From: the human T2T-CHM13v2.0 reference genome, Homo sapiens
Strand: one strand, 5' to 3'
Assembly (NCBI RefSeq): GCF_009914755.1
Contig: NC_060926.1
Length of the DNA: 64,000 nt
In this document: piece after piece, positions 1-13,762 of the stretch
Layout of the letters: the number at the start of each line of letters is the position of its first letter
Position numbering within the stretch: position 1 is the stretch's first letter
Program-made: the position numbers and the translations under genes
The notes under the pieces: generated by a model
What the model was told of the DNA's origin: nothing
Seen by the model: only the letters and a program-made list of their open reading frames with translations
The model's database searches: none

Positions 1-2264
1 CATTTAAAAAAAAATGGTTGCTTGAGTGTCTTCTTGCCTTTTTTTATCATGTATTTCTTGAACTTCTTTGCAACTTTTTAGCCCCCTTACATTTGCCTCT
101 GGCTGATTTTAAATTATGCTAATTGGAAGAGGAGAAAATGCTGGTAATGGAATAAAATGGAATGCTATTTCTTATAGCATCTGGTGCAATCTGAGCCATT
201 TAAAAGTGCATCTTATGGAATAGAGCTCTGAATACGTAGTGCCAGTCTGATTACAAACAACATGGGTCTCATTAGAATATGTCAATCTGATTGCTAGGTA
301 GTGATACACTGCAGATTACTAGGCCATAATTGCCTCTTACATATTATGTGTATAATATATAGCTTCTCTGGGTGTATGTTAAAGCCACTTTCTCTCATGG
401 CTATCTTTTCCAGCTCTACACAAAGAAATGCCTATGTTCCACTAAGTTGATTTTAACTGGGGTCCGTAGGTCCTAATTCTATTTTCTTCTGAGTATTCAT
501 CAAGTTTTCTACAGCAGTGCTATAAACAAAGAATTATGTCCAGAGCAATTGCCAGAAATAAGATATGTCAGGCGTCTATTACCCACTCAACTGGGAGCCA
601 TCAGTGGCTCAAGGCACTTCCTCCAAAAGGAAAGGGTAAAATAACTGAGGTTAAAGCCCACTATAGCTCCATGTCTTAATTTGCTTGTTGATTTGTGTCA
701 TGCATTTTTTCATTGTCAAAACCCATTTGGCTCTTTACTGTAGCTGGAAGAATGCAAACATCTTAGCCCAGGTCACGATTTTGGTGCACACTGTGCCCTA
801 CATGATTTAAAATCACCTATGTGAGCTCTGAAAGCAGGACTTCAACATTCCCACTTTCCAGTAGCACAATCTCTCCAACACTTGCTCTACACCATACATG
901 CCCTATCCCCGCCAGTACTACAGCCACCTAGCCCAGCAATGTAAAAAAGCCAAACTCCACTCAGCTGCAAACCTAGCTAAATACTTGGAATATGCCTTGG
1001 GGTGTAGAGGTAGAGGATTCAAGAGACTTGAGCTTTTGTATCGACTGTAGAGCCATAAGCTATGCAACGTGGAGTGAATCTGATTGCTGCTCTTTCAGAT
1101 TTTTCATCTGACACTCCAAAGAATAGATTTCCAAAATGTATTTCAGAGAATTTTTATTCCATGGAGATGTTAAAAGGGATTCATTTCCAAATAGATTTGC
1201 AAAAGGTTACGGTAAATTGGCAAAAATTGGTTTCTTTACTATAGGGCTTCTCAGAGTCTATGATATATCAATGTGCCTTATGAATCTACAGAAAAGGGTT
1301 GTGAAATACATTATTGTTACTCAATCTTATTAGGCCATAGAGACTTCCCTGCCCTAACCTATCTTCCGCTGAATAATACTCATTGACATCTTATCATCCT
1401 AATGTCATATCTAAATACTCACTCTCTGTTGTGCTACATTTGGACGGTATCTCCTGCAAATGGACTCATTCACATGGCCTGACTGGTCCATATAGACATC
1501 TGTGTTTGTATAGTAGTTTGTATAGTTGTGCTTTCTATAGTAGTTTTCCATAGAATTGATTAAACTGAGTTCTCAGAACATCCTGACAAAGTAGGGAGCA
1601 CTTTCTGACATTTTAAAAATGAGTAAACAGAATTTCAGGGAGGTTAAGTGATTTTCCCGAGGTCACACAACCAAAAAGTAGCCAAAGCGGAATTTACATG
1701 AAGTATTTTATTACATCTTGCTCAGTCTGTACCTCAGTTAATTTTCCTCTTGTCTTGGGATCCATTTTTTGCTTCTATTTAGTTAATAACTAGTCTCTCT
1801 TTGTCACAGGCCATCATCAAAGCGAAGAATGGCATTTGACAAGTGCTATCCATGGCTTTTATGCTTAGAACACAAAAATGATAATTAAGGAAAATCACTA
1901 CCTTCTCCCCAGTTATATATCAGATGGCTGTATCTTAGTGATAACAGATTATACTCTGCTTTTAGTAAAAAGTAGAATATGGAGATCAATTCTTACAAAA
2001 CACAGTGTGTTAGATGAACATTGTATTTATGTTACAGTTCTTTTCCACTAGAACTTACCAAAAACAAACAAGCAACATGACAAATCAGTAAAACAATAAG
2101 CTATTCGGCAACAGGATAGTCAAGCAGTGTTTAGGGAAGAGTGCAATGGCATATAAACCTGCTAACAATGGCATATAGCGCTGTCATCAAACTGAAACAT
2201 ACCCACCTGATAAACTGTTTGATGAGATAGGATGGAGCAGCTTGGGCTCATCACTGAGTACGCC

Positions 2265-2485
2265 AGGATGGTATAGAGGTTAGGAGCAAATAGCTGGAGT
2301 CCAGCAGCTTGTGTTTAAATCACAAATTCTAATCCTTATTAGCAGGGTAGCTTTGGACTTGCTGTATGCCTTAGTGTTCTCACCTATAAAGTGGGGATAA
2401 GAGTAATTTTAACATAGGCTGTTGTGAAAATTTAGAGCTTAGTACCATGTCTGGTATTCAGTGAGTGTTCAAATATGTTAAAAAA
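2265..2485 (+). mobile_element. MIR SINE
   Basis: Degenerate MIR core (tagaggttaggagc...ctggagtccagcagcttgtgtttaaatc...ctcacctataaagtggggataa); boundaries approximate. Confidence 0.7.
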
Positions 2486-3049
2486 ATGAAATCTTATATG
2501 TGTGGGCACTAACTCCAATTCTTATGAAGCCCTAGATCAAGGTTTTAAGGTCTAGCTCAGCTGATAAATGTCAAGGGGCTAGGGTGGTGTGTTCTTGCAC
2601 ATTTTAGTTGCATTTTTATTTTTCAAAGGAAAAAGAATGTTTTACATCTCTTGCCTGGCATTAGGGTTTTTAATTTATGCTCCCCAACCACCTCCTTCCT
2701 CCTAGGGAGACTGAGTGGCTAAGGGAATTTAAACCATGAAAGGCAGGCACTTTCATGTATAAACAAAAGATTGTGCCTAGAGAAAGTGTAGAGATCTGCA
2801 ATGCAGAAAGGAAAATGCAATTTCTAAAGCATCTGGATAAATGAGGATGCGAACGCAAATGTTATAGCAAGTCTGAATGTTGTTCGTGCTTCTCGGCATC
2901 TTGGGGAAATGACCATTTGACGCTTGTGGGAGATCATACTCAAAGCTTGCAGATGCATTCACTTCTCCAAGACACTTTCCCTGACTTTCTCTAGGTGCAT
3001 GATTTTCCTTTGTACTTGTAGAGACTCTCCAGCCACCCAACACTTTCAG

Positions 3050-3400
3050 TTCCTCTTCCAATGCTTACAAGAAAACAAATTCCCCACCCCTCAGGAGGTT
3101 ATGTTTGGTTCATGTGATTGGGTTCTGGCCAATGAGATAAAAGGAGTTGAAACACAAGCCCTTTCTAAGCCTGGTCATAAAGCTTTCAAGAGAATTGTCC
3201 ACATTCTCTTCCCCTTATGTGGTGCCCTTGGTCACGTAATGAACATGGCAGATCGCAGTTGGGAAGGAGCTTGGATCCATGAGTCACTGCATGGAAAACA
3301 GTTGCCAGGAAAATCCTCTGGATCTTCATCACACTGTGAAGTAAGTTAGAAATAAATTTTGTCTGTGAAACCACTGAGAATGTGGGGTCAGTTATTAGAA
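3050..3400 (+). mobile_element. Ancient LTR fragment (LTR16/MLT1-like)
   Basis: Motifs catgtgattgggttctggccaatgaga and aaataaattttgtctgtgaaaccactgaga; family and boundaries approximate. Confidence 0.5.
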
Positions 3401-3489
3401 GCTTGCATTCATTAGCACAAATACTATGAAATGTGATGTTATACTACACTAAAATCAATCTCAAAATTACTGTTAAGTTTACATGTGGC

Positions 3490-4039
<550 letters not shown>

Positions 4040-5120
4040 TCATTTTAGAACATTTAGGGAAAAATGCTTTGTGGGTTGACATTCTCTCTTGCTAAACAAG
4101 TGAGGGAGAAAATGCCAAACCTAATCCCTTTCGAATCACAAATATGCTGCCAACTACCATACATATTAATATAGTTGACACTAGAGAGCAGCTTAAGTAA
4201 GGCATAAACACAAAGTAACCAGACAAGACCCATGTTTTACAATGTTGCCGGTAACACTAAAGGCACACCCCTGCCCTCTGAAGCCAGCTGTTCTTAGGGG
4301 CTTTAGCTGAGATACTAAAATAAAACTTAAATCTGATGTTCAATCAATAGGGACTTTGCCAATTGATAATTTAATGAAATAGCATCACGAGGAGATCATT
4401 CAGCTTTAAAACAGTGATCCTTAATATTTTTATATCCCATAGCAATTTAGAATTTGATGAAATTTTGCAAACCTCCCCATCAAAACACATATACAAATGT
4501 AATAACTGACATTTGTTCAGTTTTAGGGATGCTGTTGGACCTGCTGGAGCACCAATGTACCCTCGAGGATCCGTGGATCCTAGGTTGAAAGCACCTGGCA
4601 AGGATGGGTAGCTGGTTGCTTGGATCAGTGACAAGGATGTAAGAGAGGGAACTGGGGGTATTGAAGAAGAAAGTTTATATCATCAAAAAAGCTACTGAGT
4701 ATCACCACCATTTGTTGAGTTCTGGCTGGATGTTATACACTGTGCTAAATGTTTCAATATATTTAATCTTTTTAAAGCTCTTGCATTGTAATTATCCTAC
4801 AAGCAAGGAAATGGGCAGAGAGAAGTTAAGAGACTTGCCCTAGACTGTATAATTAGTAAGTGGTGAAGCCTGAATGCCAACCATAGTCTACAGTCTTAAT
4901 TACGATGGTCTAAGTCAGATTTTTCAAATGCATTGTTCTGAAGGGTGAAGAATCTTTAGAAGATAATAATTTTTTAACCTCTAAGTATGCTCAGTTGGAA
5001 TTTAAGATTTTTTGTTTTAATTAAATGACAACAAATAATTAATTCATTTAGGCACACCATATATATAGCAAAAGTTATTGAAAGAGACAACCAGATTGCA
5101 GGGTTGTATACGGCAACTAC

Positions 5121-5126
5121 TTTATT
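5121..5126 (-). terminator. Distal polyadenylation signal of EPHA4
   Basis: AATAAA on the minus strand, with two upstream TGTA motifs (5166-5169, 5174-5177) and a GT/T-rich downstream tract (ggttgtctctttc). Confidence 0.8.
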
Positions 5127-6045
5127 ATTTTCAAATGCAAACTCTTTGCATTTAGTTTGCTATTTTACAATTTTACAAACTAGGTATAAAAGACCATAAA
5201 TAAATGACATAAGTTATGTGTACCTAAAGTTCATGAAGGGAAGAAAAATACCTTGACAAATTAAAACAAAATAGAAAATCTATGTCTAACTCCAGAAATC
5301 ACTCAAAGTTTGGAACGTGTGAACCGAACAATGTTCTGTTAATTTCTTATTCAGTATGAACTAAATTATAATATGCCTTATACATTCTAATTTGAACCAC
5401 AGTCCTTGCATATTCCAACATACTTAGAGTGATACAAAAAATAAACGCACTCTTCAGTGTGTATCAATGCTTGATGTTGTTTGGAGAATGTTAAATAAGT
5501 GAAAATATTGCTTCTAGAACTTTCCTTTATGGGTCAGAATTTAAGTGTCTTCAGACAAATATTGAGGCTATACGGGTGTACGGATTAATACACATATCCT
5601 TCACAGATTGAATACAAGAGGTCTCAGAATGCACACACCAGCAGTGTAGCGAGCACAACCTTTCTTTAAAATAAGAACGTTTTTCAACCCACCAGAACAT
5701 TTCACTCGTAAGATTGCTAAAAAATAACTTGGGGCCTGCATACACAAGGTGAAGCTACTTGATTTGGTGCAGCGGGGTAGTTTCCCACTGCTCTAGAGAT
5801 CGGCACATGAGTTAGCATTGGAGCTCACTCGGCCAGGGCTTGCCCACGGGCTCAGACCCAGACCCTGAAGTTGGCCTCCTACCCTTACCTCTGGAAAAGA
5901 TGAACTGCTCAGAAGAGTCAACCTCATTTCTTTATACATATTTTTCAGGCATCAATGCATAGGCACATCCCTTAAAAAATATATTAAGGTCCCCAAAAAG
6001 GGGTGAATCAACTTTGTCACTCTGGCATAGAACACAATGCCACAC

Positions 6046-6052
6046 ACCCTGT
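6046..6052 (-). promoter_or_regulatory. miR-10 family 7mer-m8 seed match
   Basis: ACAGGGT on the transcript strand in the distal 3' UTR. Confidence 0.45.
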
Positions 6053-8085
6053 CAGAATGTAATAAATATTTATTGATGATTTTCTCTACTTATTCAACAA
6101 TAAATGGTTCAGAATCTATTTTTTTTCCTCATTTTTCCCTGATTTGATGTTATAGCTTATATAAATGGCCACGGTTTCTGCAACCACAGCTTAGGATAAG
6201 CAAGGCAGCCACTCAGATTATGAAAAATGGCAGTAAGTTGGCTGGAGTTTGGTATACATATCATATCAATACTGAATCTTCACACTCCGGAGCTCCGATT
6301 CTAGAAGGCTGATGCTCTTGTGAGGGCAACAGGAGTTAGCTGCATATTAATTACTGTAGAACTTTCCAGGTAATTAGGGAATGTGAAATTGCCTGAGGCC
6401 ATTTCATCCCAACTACCTTAACCTCAAGAGTCACTGGCATGTATTTTTCTGTGATATTGGGAGACAAAGTATTAATCCAGGACACACCATCTCAAAGCTG
6501 ACACACATATCTACGTTCATCTCCAAAAGTATATGAATTGCATATATTCGTTCGCATTCAACAAGTCCATTTATGCAGGAAAACAAAGGCTACTTGTACT
6601 CCATTTGGGGTTACCAGACACATTCCATCTCCTTCTCTCTCTCCATCAAGGAACTGATGATTCAGATGAGTTCAATCAGAAAATTTGTAATTTTGATGAT
6701 GGGTTGTCACCTGAATGGATTTATATTTTAAATTACTTCACCATTAAGGTGAAAATGCCTCTGTCCAAAGCTGTAGAATTCTTATTAAGGTTAGTGTGAC
6801 AGCTACAAAATACACGTGTAGATACAGGATGCGTGTAGATACAGGATGCTGAACATCTCTGGGTTGTCTTTCCAAGGGGATGGTCTCCAGGTCCACTGTA
6901 TCATGTAGTTCTTCATCTTGAAACTGGTGGAAAACCAGAACTCTCCAGGTGTAGCATTCCACAACATTCATGGGTAGTCCTAAGCATGAGGCTACGCACA
7001 TACACACACCCGCACACAGACAGGCACGCATACAGACACACTCACACCTATGTACACACATCAAAAGAGATAGTCAGCTCATATTTAGTCTAAGAAAAAA
7101 ATATATTTATATCACTGCAATGGCACACCCTGGGTAAAATGTTACTTCCGCAATGCATATCATAGGCAGCTCATGGAACTGGCTTTGTTTTGTGTGGTTG
7201 CACCTGACCTGGTGTCCATAGTAAGACCTGTAGCATTTGGTCACTTGCTGCCACACCAATGCAGCAGTGACACACAGGAATGAAATATGGAAATACATAT
7301 AAATAAAACCGCAAAGAGTCTGGGGCAAGGGCTCTGCAGAGCTGGTGCTGCGAGACAGTGCATTCCTCAGTGCAACTGGAGAACAGATGCTGAATCTTAA
7401 GTGTTTGCTGTTTCTTTCACTGCGAAAGGGGATTTGAAAGTCACACATTTATTCTTTTCAGGTATGGGTGTTGTTTCATCAGTGTCTTTGCCCCAGAACT
7501 GGTGTAATTGAAGCAGAAGAAACACATTTAGACGGAACTGAGGAGGGTGTGTTCTGTTTTCTTCCACGGGCTTTGTAATCAACAGGAAGGGCTGTGAGGC
7601 CAAGATAGCAGAATCTACTCCCTGTAGATAAAAGAGCAAGACTTTAGACAAAACGTCGACCCATATTGCGAGCCAACTGTCAACCACTATTGTAAGAAAG
7701 AATATATAGGTTCGTAGAAGTTGGTATCCTTCAGTAAAAGTAGTTCAGTGGTGAGATCACGAATTATACTTTCCTTTTCTGAAAAATAGCAATTATAAGA
7801 GCAAAAAAAACCTGTTTACTAACAGCTTAATTACAACTCCGAGATAGGTACTATTCTTATCTCCATTATATGGATGAGGAAATTGAGCATAAGGAGACTA
7901 AGTACCCTGCCCAATGCCATACCCTCTGGAGTGGCAAGGCTGGGATTAGACCCCACAAAGTTCTAATTGATATTTATGCTTTAACCACCGTGTTGAACAG
8001 CCTGTCTATGAAATGAAAATCCTGACTTGTTTCAGTTCACAATCCACCCATAGTCAACAATAATGATTGAAAAATGCAAACTAAG

Positions 8086-8469
<384 letters not shown>

Positions 8470-9026
8470 CTAATCTAACATGGCGAAAGAGCCATACTCT
8501 CTACATGTAAACAGGCAGGAGAGAGGGAACATGGGACACAGGGAGATACTTGCTCTATGAACGACAGAGGTCTTCTAGGTTCAAGCCTCCTTCCACATAT
8601 CAAGAACTAATCAGCCGCAGGCTGGAATTCTAGACATCAGCCTGGAATCGAACAAGGCTGGCACACAGCAATGGACTCCTCATGGCTCCTCATTGTCCAT
8701 ATATTTGTCACATAATCAACTCAAACCAAAGGAAGTAAGTTCCCTTCTTTCATTTATAACAACCAACTATCCAGATTACTTATTGGACTATGCCTCCCAC
8801 CACGGTGACCATGTTTAGCAGCTGGTGGCCTCAAGCAAAGGGCAGTAATTAAGACCAAAATGCACTTTTATAGATTATTTTGCCTATTTTATCAAATCAC
8901 TTGTCTGTTTTGCATATGTGTACATTTATCGTGTAGAGAATAAAATTTAATTTTTTGTAGTAAACGACCATATTTAAAATTGTAGAAAACACTTTAGTCT
9001 ATTTAAAGAGAGAGAAATCGTTTTCT

Positions 9027-9195
9027 GGCCAGGTCTTGTAGCTCATACCTGTAATTCCAGCACTTTGGGAGCCCAAGGAGGGAAGACTGCTTGAGCCCAA
9101 GAGTTTGAGACCAGCCTGGGCAAAAGAGCAAGACCCCATCTTTAAAAAAAAAAAAAAAAATTAGCCAGGCATGGTTGTGCACACCTGTGGTCCCT
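9027..9195 (+). mobile_element. Truncated old Alu (AluJ-like left arm plus start of right arm)
   Basis: gcttgagcccaagagtttgagaccagcctgggcaa J-type motif; breaks off after acacctgtggtccc. Confidence 0.85.
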
Positions 9196-10903
9196 GGGTC
9201 GACATGAACATGAATGTTATGTTGACAATTACGTAAAAATGACAGAAAAGTCATCAAATCTACCTTCTAACTATTTCCTCTCTGGAAATCGGTCAAATCC
9301 ATCAAATGTAGTTTTTGAAACCTGAATGTGAAGGGATTTCATCAGGTGGGCAGGTATTTATGTGAAGTATGAGGAGAACATGAATATGATCTTAAAACGC
9401 TAGAGTGTATTCCACGTCCTGCGGACACACAAGGTTGGTAATGGTTTCTTTTGCTACTAGAAATTCTTAAAGGAGAAAGAATGGTCTCATAAACACGTGT
9501 TGCCTTTCAGTCTGCCAATTCCTTCTCCACTTAACATCTGGATATCAATAGATATTACATAAATATATTTGTAATATTAAGTGGGCAATTTGGGGACTTG
9601 GTGTGTATGCAGAAATGATTGGACATTTGAATTGAGATGTAAGGGAATGTGAAGACTTGTATCTACTTAATGCCAGGATACGAGTTGAGTGAAATAAGCC
9701 TTCTCCTCACCATTGAATTCAGGCAACTCCTTTATCATGGGAAATTTCTTAAACAGAGACCAGACAAAGCATGTGGTCTATGTAGGGTCATGAGTTAAGG
9801 AGAATTCATTGTGACTAAATAAACAAAGGCTTGTTCCTTTGAGTCAGTCGTGATGACATCAAAATGTCTTTACCATCCAGTTCTTTTCATTGCAATAGAA
9901 TTTTACTTTTGTATCACTGTCTTCCCCATTACAAAACAATAATTTTATAAATGTCAAGGCTAAATAATGCATGTTTATCCTGCCAGCATAACTTGAAAGG
10001 TCTACCACCATTGTATAAATATGTATTTACCTCCAAACTCTCATAAATCCATTTAAGTGAAGAAGCTTCACTGTGTGACCCCCCTACCACTGAACTTCAT
10101 TTCACCCCACTCTGGCATGTTGTAATAAAACAATTGGGGTTACAAGTGAAAGACAGATGAATAATACTTGGACAATGTTGGAGGAAGAAGCGTACCTTTC
10201 TTCTGTGGAGCTCACCGTGTTTTACTTAAGAATATTTCATACACACTTGCAACAACACCATGCATTAGGAAAGGTGTTATTATTAAGGTATCATTATCTC
10301 TCTAATTTCCAGGTGGAGGAACTGAGTTATAAAGAAAAGTGGAGTGAATTTCCCAGTGTCAACATTTCAGTTGGCTTTAGAATCCATAGCTGTCCGGATG
10401 CCAGAGTCTGGCTCTGCGCCCTGGGAAACAATGCATCATTCCTATTGTTCTCACATTTCTCTTCTAAAACTTCATGGAGGTAGTGGAGAGAGTTAACACT
10501 TTTACTGTTGCTGGATATTATTTTAGGCACTTGGAAAGTCCTTTTTTGGCCTTTGCATCAGCCTTGACTCTAATATATGCATATGTTGAAATTTTGAAGA
10601 TTCAGACGGTGACCTTTGAATAAAATAAGATTTCATACTTCACCTCTCCTTTGATCCTTCCCTGATTACTTCATTTACAGAAATACCTGCTGAGCAGGAA
10701 CAAAACAACACCAGCATAGTATATAATGTTGTTAGGCTATTTCAGAATGGACATGTTCTCTGTTGAAATGGTCTGCTTTTAATATGTTCAGTGTTTAGAA
10801 AATACCTTGTCTTAAGTTGTAGACTTTAAGAAAAAAAAAAAAAACTTTTAATTATTCAATGTACACAAGGTAACATTCTGTTGTTAGTTAAAATACAATG
10901 CCA

Positions 10904-11266
<363 letters not shown>

Positions 11267-12277
11267 TTAACGTGAATATCCAGAACTCCTAGACTTCTGC
11301 AAAAGTGGTGATAAAACAAAAATTGTTGGAGTAGTTTTAAAAACAAATTTCACATTCCTTCTGAACAGAAAAGCTTTTACAACTTATGTTGCAAAAAAGG
11401 TTTTCACTAAACTGTCATGATTTGACAGCATCAAATTTAACATTCCTTGCTCTATAAGAAATAGCTTTCAGGATACAACCAAGGGGAAAGAAAGGTCGTT
11501 AAAATCAGCAACTCTTGTTTAAAAGTGATAAAAATGAAATAACTCAAAAAAAAAAAAAGAATGAAAAGTTAAAATGTGTCCAGTCCAAAGTTATGTCCTT
11601 TGTTTCTAGGAATGAACAAACTCAATGCTGGTATATAAAAATAGAAGCATTGAAAGCTAATAGGTTTATGGATGAGCAGTGCATTTTTCAGTAGTTCAAC
11701 TTTCTGATCATGAGAAAGCCGAGGCGAGTTCCAAGTCTCACCACTGGCATCTTGGTGAATCCTCTTTGGCCCTGTTTGGGGATGGAGTTTCCTGGAGCAG
11801 GACAGAAAATGAGGCTAATGGAAAAGTCTCGCCAGTACTTCTCCATTGAGGTAAACTCTCCAAAGGACGGGACCCATGACCTAACAAGGTTAGAGAGAAA
11901 GCCTCCTGTGCTTGCTGCCTGGTGCCCAGAAGATAATAAATATGTGTACCATGAATGAATGGCACCAAAGGACAGGAGGAGCCCTTCGTGATGGAAAGCA
12001 CACAGCCAACAGCCAGTGAGCATCTAGGACCATCCCTCAGAGCCTGACCTCATCTGGGTCATATGTCACTTCTCCCCGGAAGAATAGCAGGGAAACCACA
12101 CTGTGTTTGGTCTCCTCTTTCGCTGTCAAAAAAGGACTGAAATCCTGAAAAACATCAACACAACCTGAGAGACATGAGAGAGTATTTTTCTGTTTTCAGT
12201 ATTTCGAATGAGATCAAGTTTAAAGCACAAAAGGAGTTTTCACTGGAGAAAAAATCATTCTTGGTTGTTGGACTTAC

Positions 12278-13096
12278 CTTGCAGATCTGGGGTCGCTTCT
12301 TTAAAGGAGCGAAGTGTGAACGTTCTCTATTCCAGATTGTCACAGCCCACTATCCACAAGATAGTTAGGACAAGTTTGTAAAGTCCCAAAATAAGACTTT
12401 ATATGGCACAGCCTCAGGCCCAAAGAAACAGACCTCATTTGTCCAGTTAGGGGTTATGGGGCTTGGGTTACGTATATATATATTTTAAATCCACTTTCCC
12501 TTTCTTTCCAGGCCCCCTGTGTCATAGGAATCCACCAGGCGGCTTGAGCACTGAAGAGGCAACACTAATGAGCCACGTCGCTTTCTCCTAGGACTTTTTT
12601 TTCCCCCATGGTATGAACCAAGCCCTAAAAGCCACAGCTGAGTCCTTAAAAAATGTTCCTAGGCATGGTCTTCATTCCAGTGAAAGACAGATGACTGTAA
12701 TTTATGCCACAAACAAAATACAATGGTTGTAATTCCAAATGGAGAGAGAATCAGGGATGTCTCAGAAGCTCAGTGTCTGGCAGCAAATACAGCATCAAAA
12801 CTCAGAGGCAGTGTTCTATTTCTATAGGTACATGTATTTTACAGACTGGTGATGAACAGAAAAGTACTTCTGAGAAACGATTTGTTCCAGGTCTCATTCA
12901 AATGACCGGCAGTCATTTCTGTAAGCCCCACAGTTTCAGCAATCTGTGCACCAAGCAACGCTGCAGATATTGTTTTTTTTTTTCATTTCTTTAATTTCAG
13001 AGGGCGAAGACGAAGTAAAAAAAGTGCAGTTCTTCAATTAAAGTGCATGGATGAGGTAAACTAATTTCAAGAGTTTTGAGTTTATTCAGTACTGGC
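12278..13096 (-). other. EPHA4: EPHA4 proximal 3' UTR (non-coding part of exon 17, 819 nt)
   Basis: Follows the stop codon and ends at a consensus donor GCAAG|gtaagt (12278/12277). Confidence 0.75.
13021..13058 (-). promoter_or_regulatory. miRNA seed cluster: two miR-17/20/93/106 sites and one let-7 site
   Basis: GCACTTTA 8mer at 13046-13039, GCACTTT at 13027-13021, TACCTCA 7mer-A1 at 13058-13052. Confidence 0.6.
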
Positions 13097-13246
<150 letters not shown>

Positions 13247-13531
13247 TCACAGGGACTGACAATCTCTTTTCTTGGGCTTCATGCAGACACACGTTTGAAT
13301 CAGCCACAATTAATACAGCACAACAAGGCAGGTGTATTAAAATGTTTCATTAAGCAATTTAATGCAAGAATGTAGATACTTTATAGAGGCTGTGTAAAAT
13401 TATACTCAATCAAAATGAGAGGCATTCCAGATTTTTTTTAAATGAGTAGGATGATTACGCAGCTCAAAGCAAAAAAAGAAAATACTATTAAATCTAGATT
13501 TACCCTTTCGTGTTACATCGTTGAGTACTTA

Positions 13532-13762
<231 letters not shown>

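Larger units (their letters stand above)
5096..7621 (-). other. EPHA4: EPHA4 terminal non-coding exon (distal 3' UTR, about 2.5 kb)
   Basis: Strong acceptor cttgctcttttatctacag|GGAGTAG at 7622/7621; Alu-free stretch ending after AATAAA 5126-5121. Consistent with my recollection of an 18-exon, about 6.3-kb mRNA. Cleavage site approximate. Confidence 0.72.

Noticed and set aside
2144-2225. Short direct repeat caatggcatata x2 and 8-bp inverted repeat catcaaac/gtttgatg
   Set aside because: Too short to distinguish from chance or trivial local duplication.
2924-3349. Longest ORF in the window (141 aa)
   Set aside because: Non-ATG start, overlaps a decayed LTR fragment, and has no recognisable protein features.
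5883-5893. Donor-like GAG|gtaagg inside the last exon
   Set aside because: I could not identify a convincing downstream acceptor and exon, and such motifs occur often by chance.
6744-7064. 106-aa minus-strand ORF (MMCVHRCECV...) with Cys-rich start and hydrophobic end
   Set aside because: It lies in the 3' UTR, the Cys/Val pattern is simply the translation of TG repeats, and I recognise no domain. Ribosome profiling would be needed to revive it.
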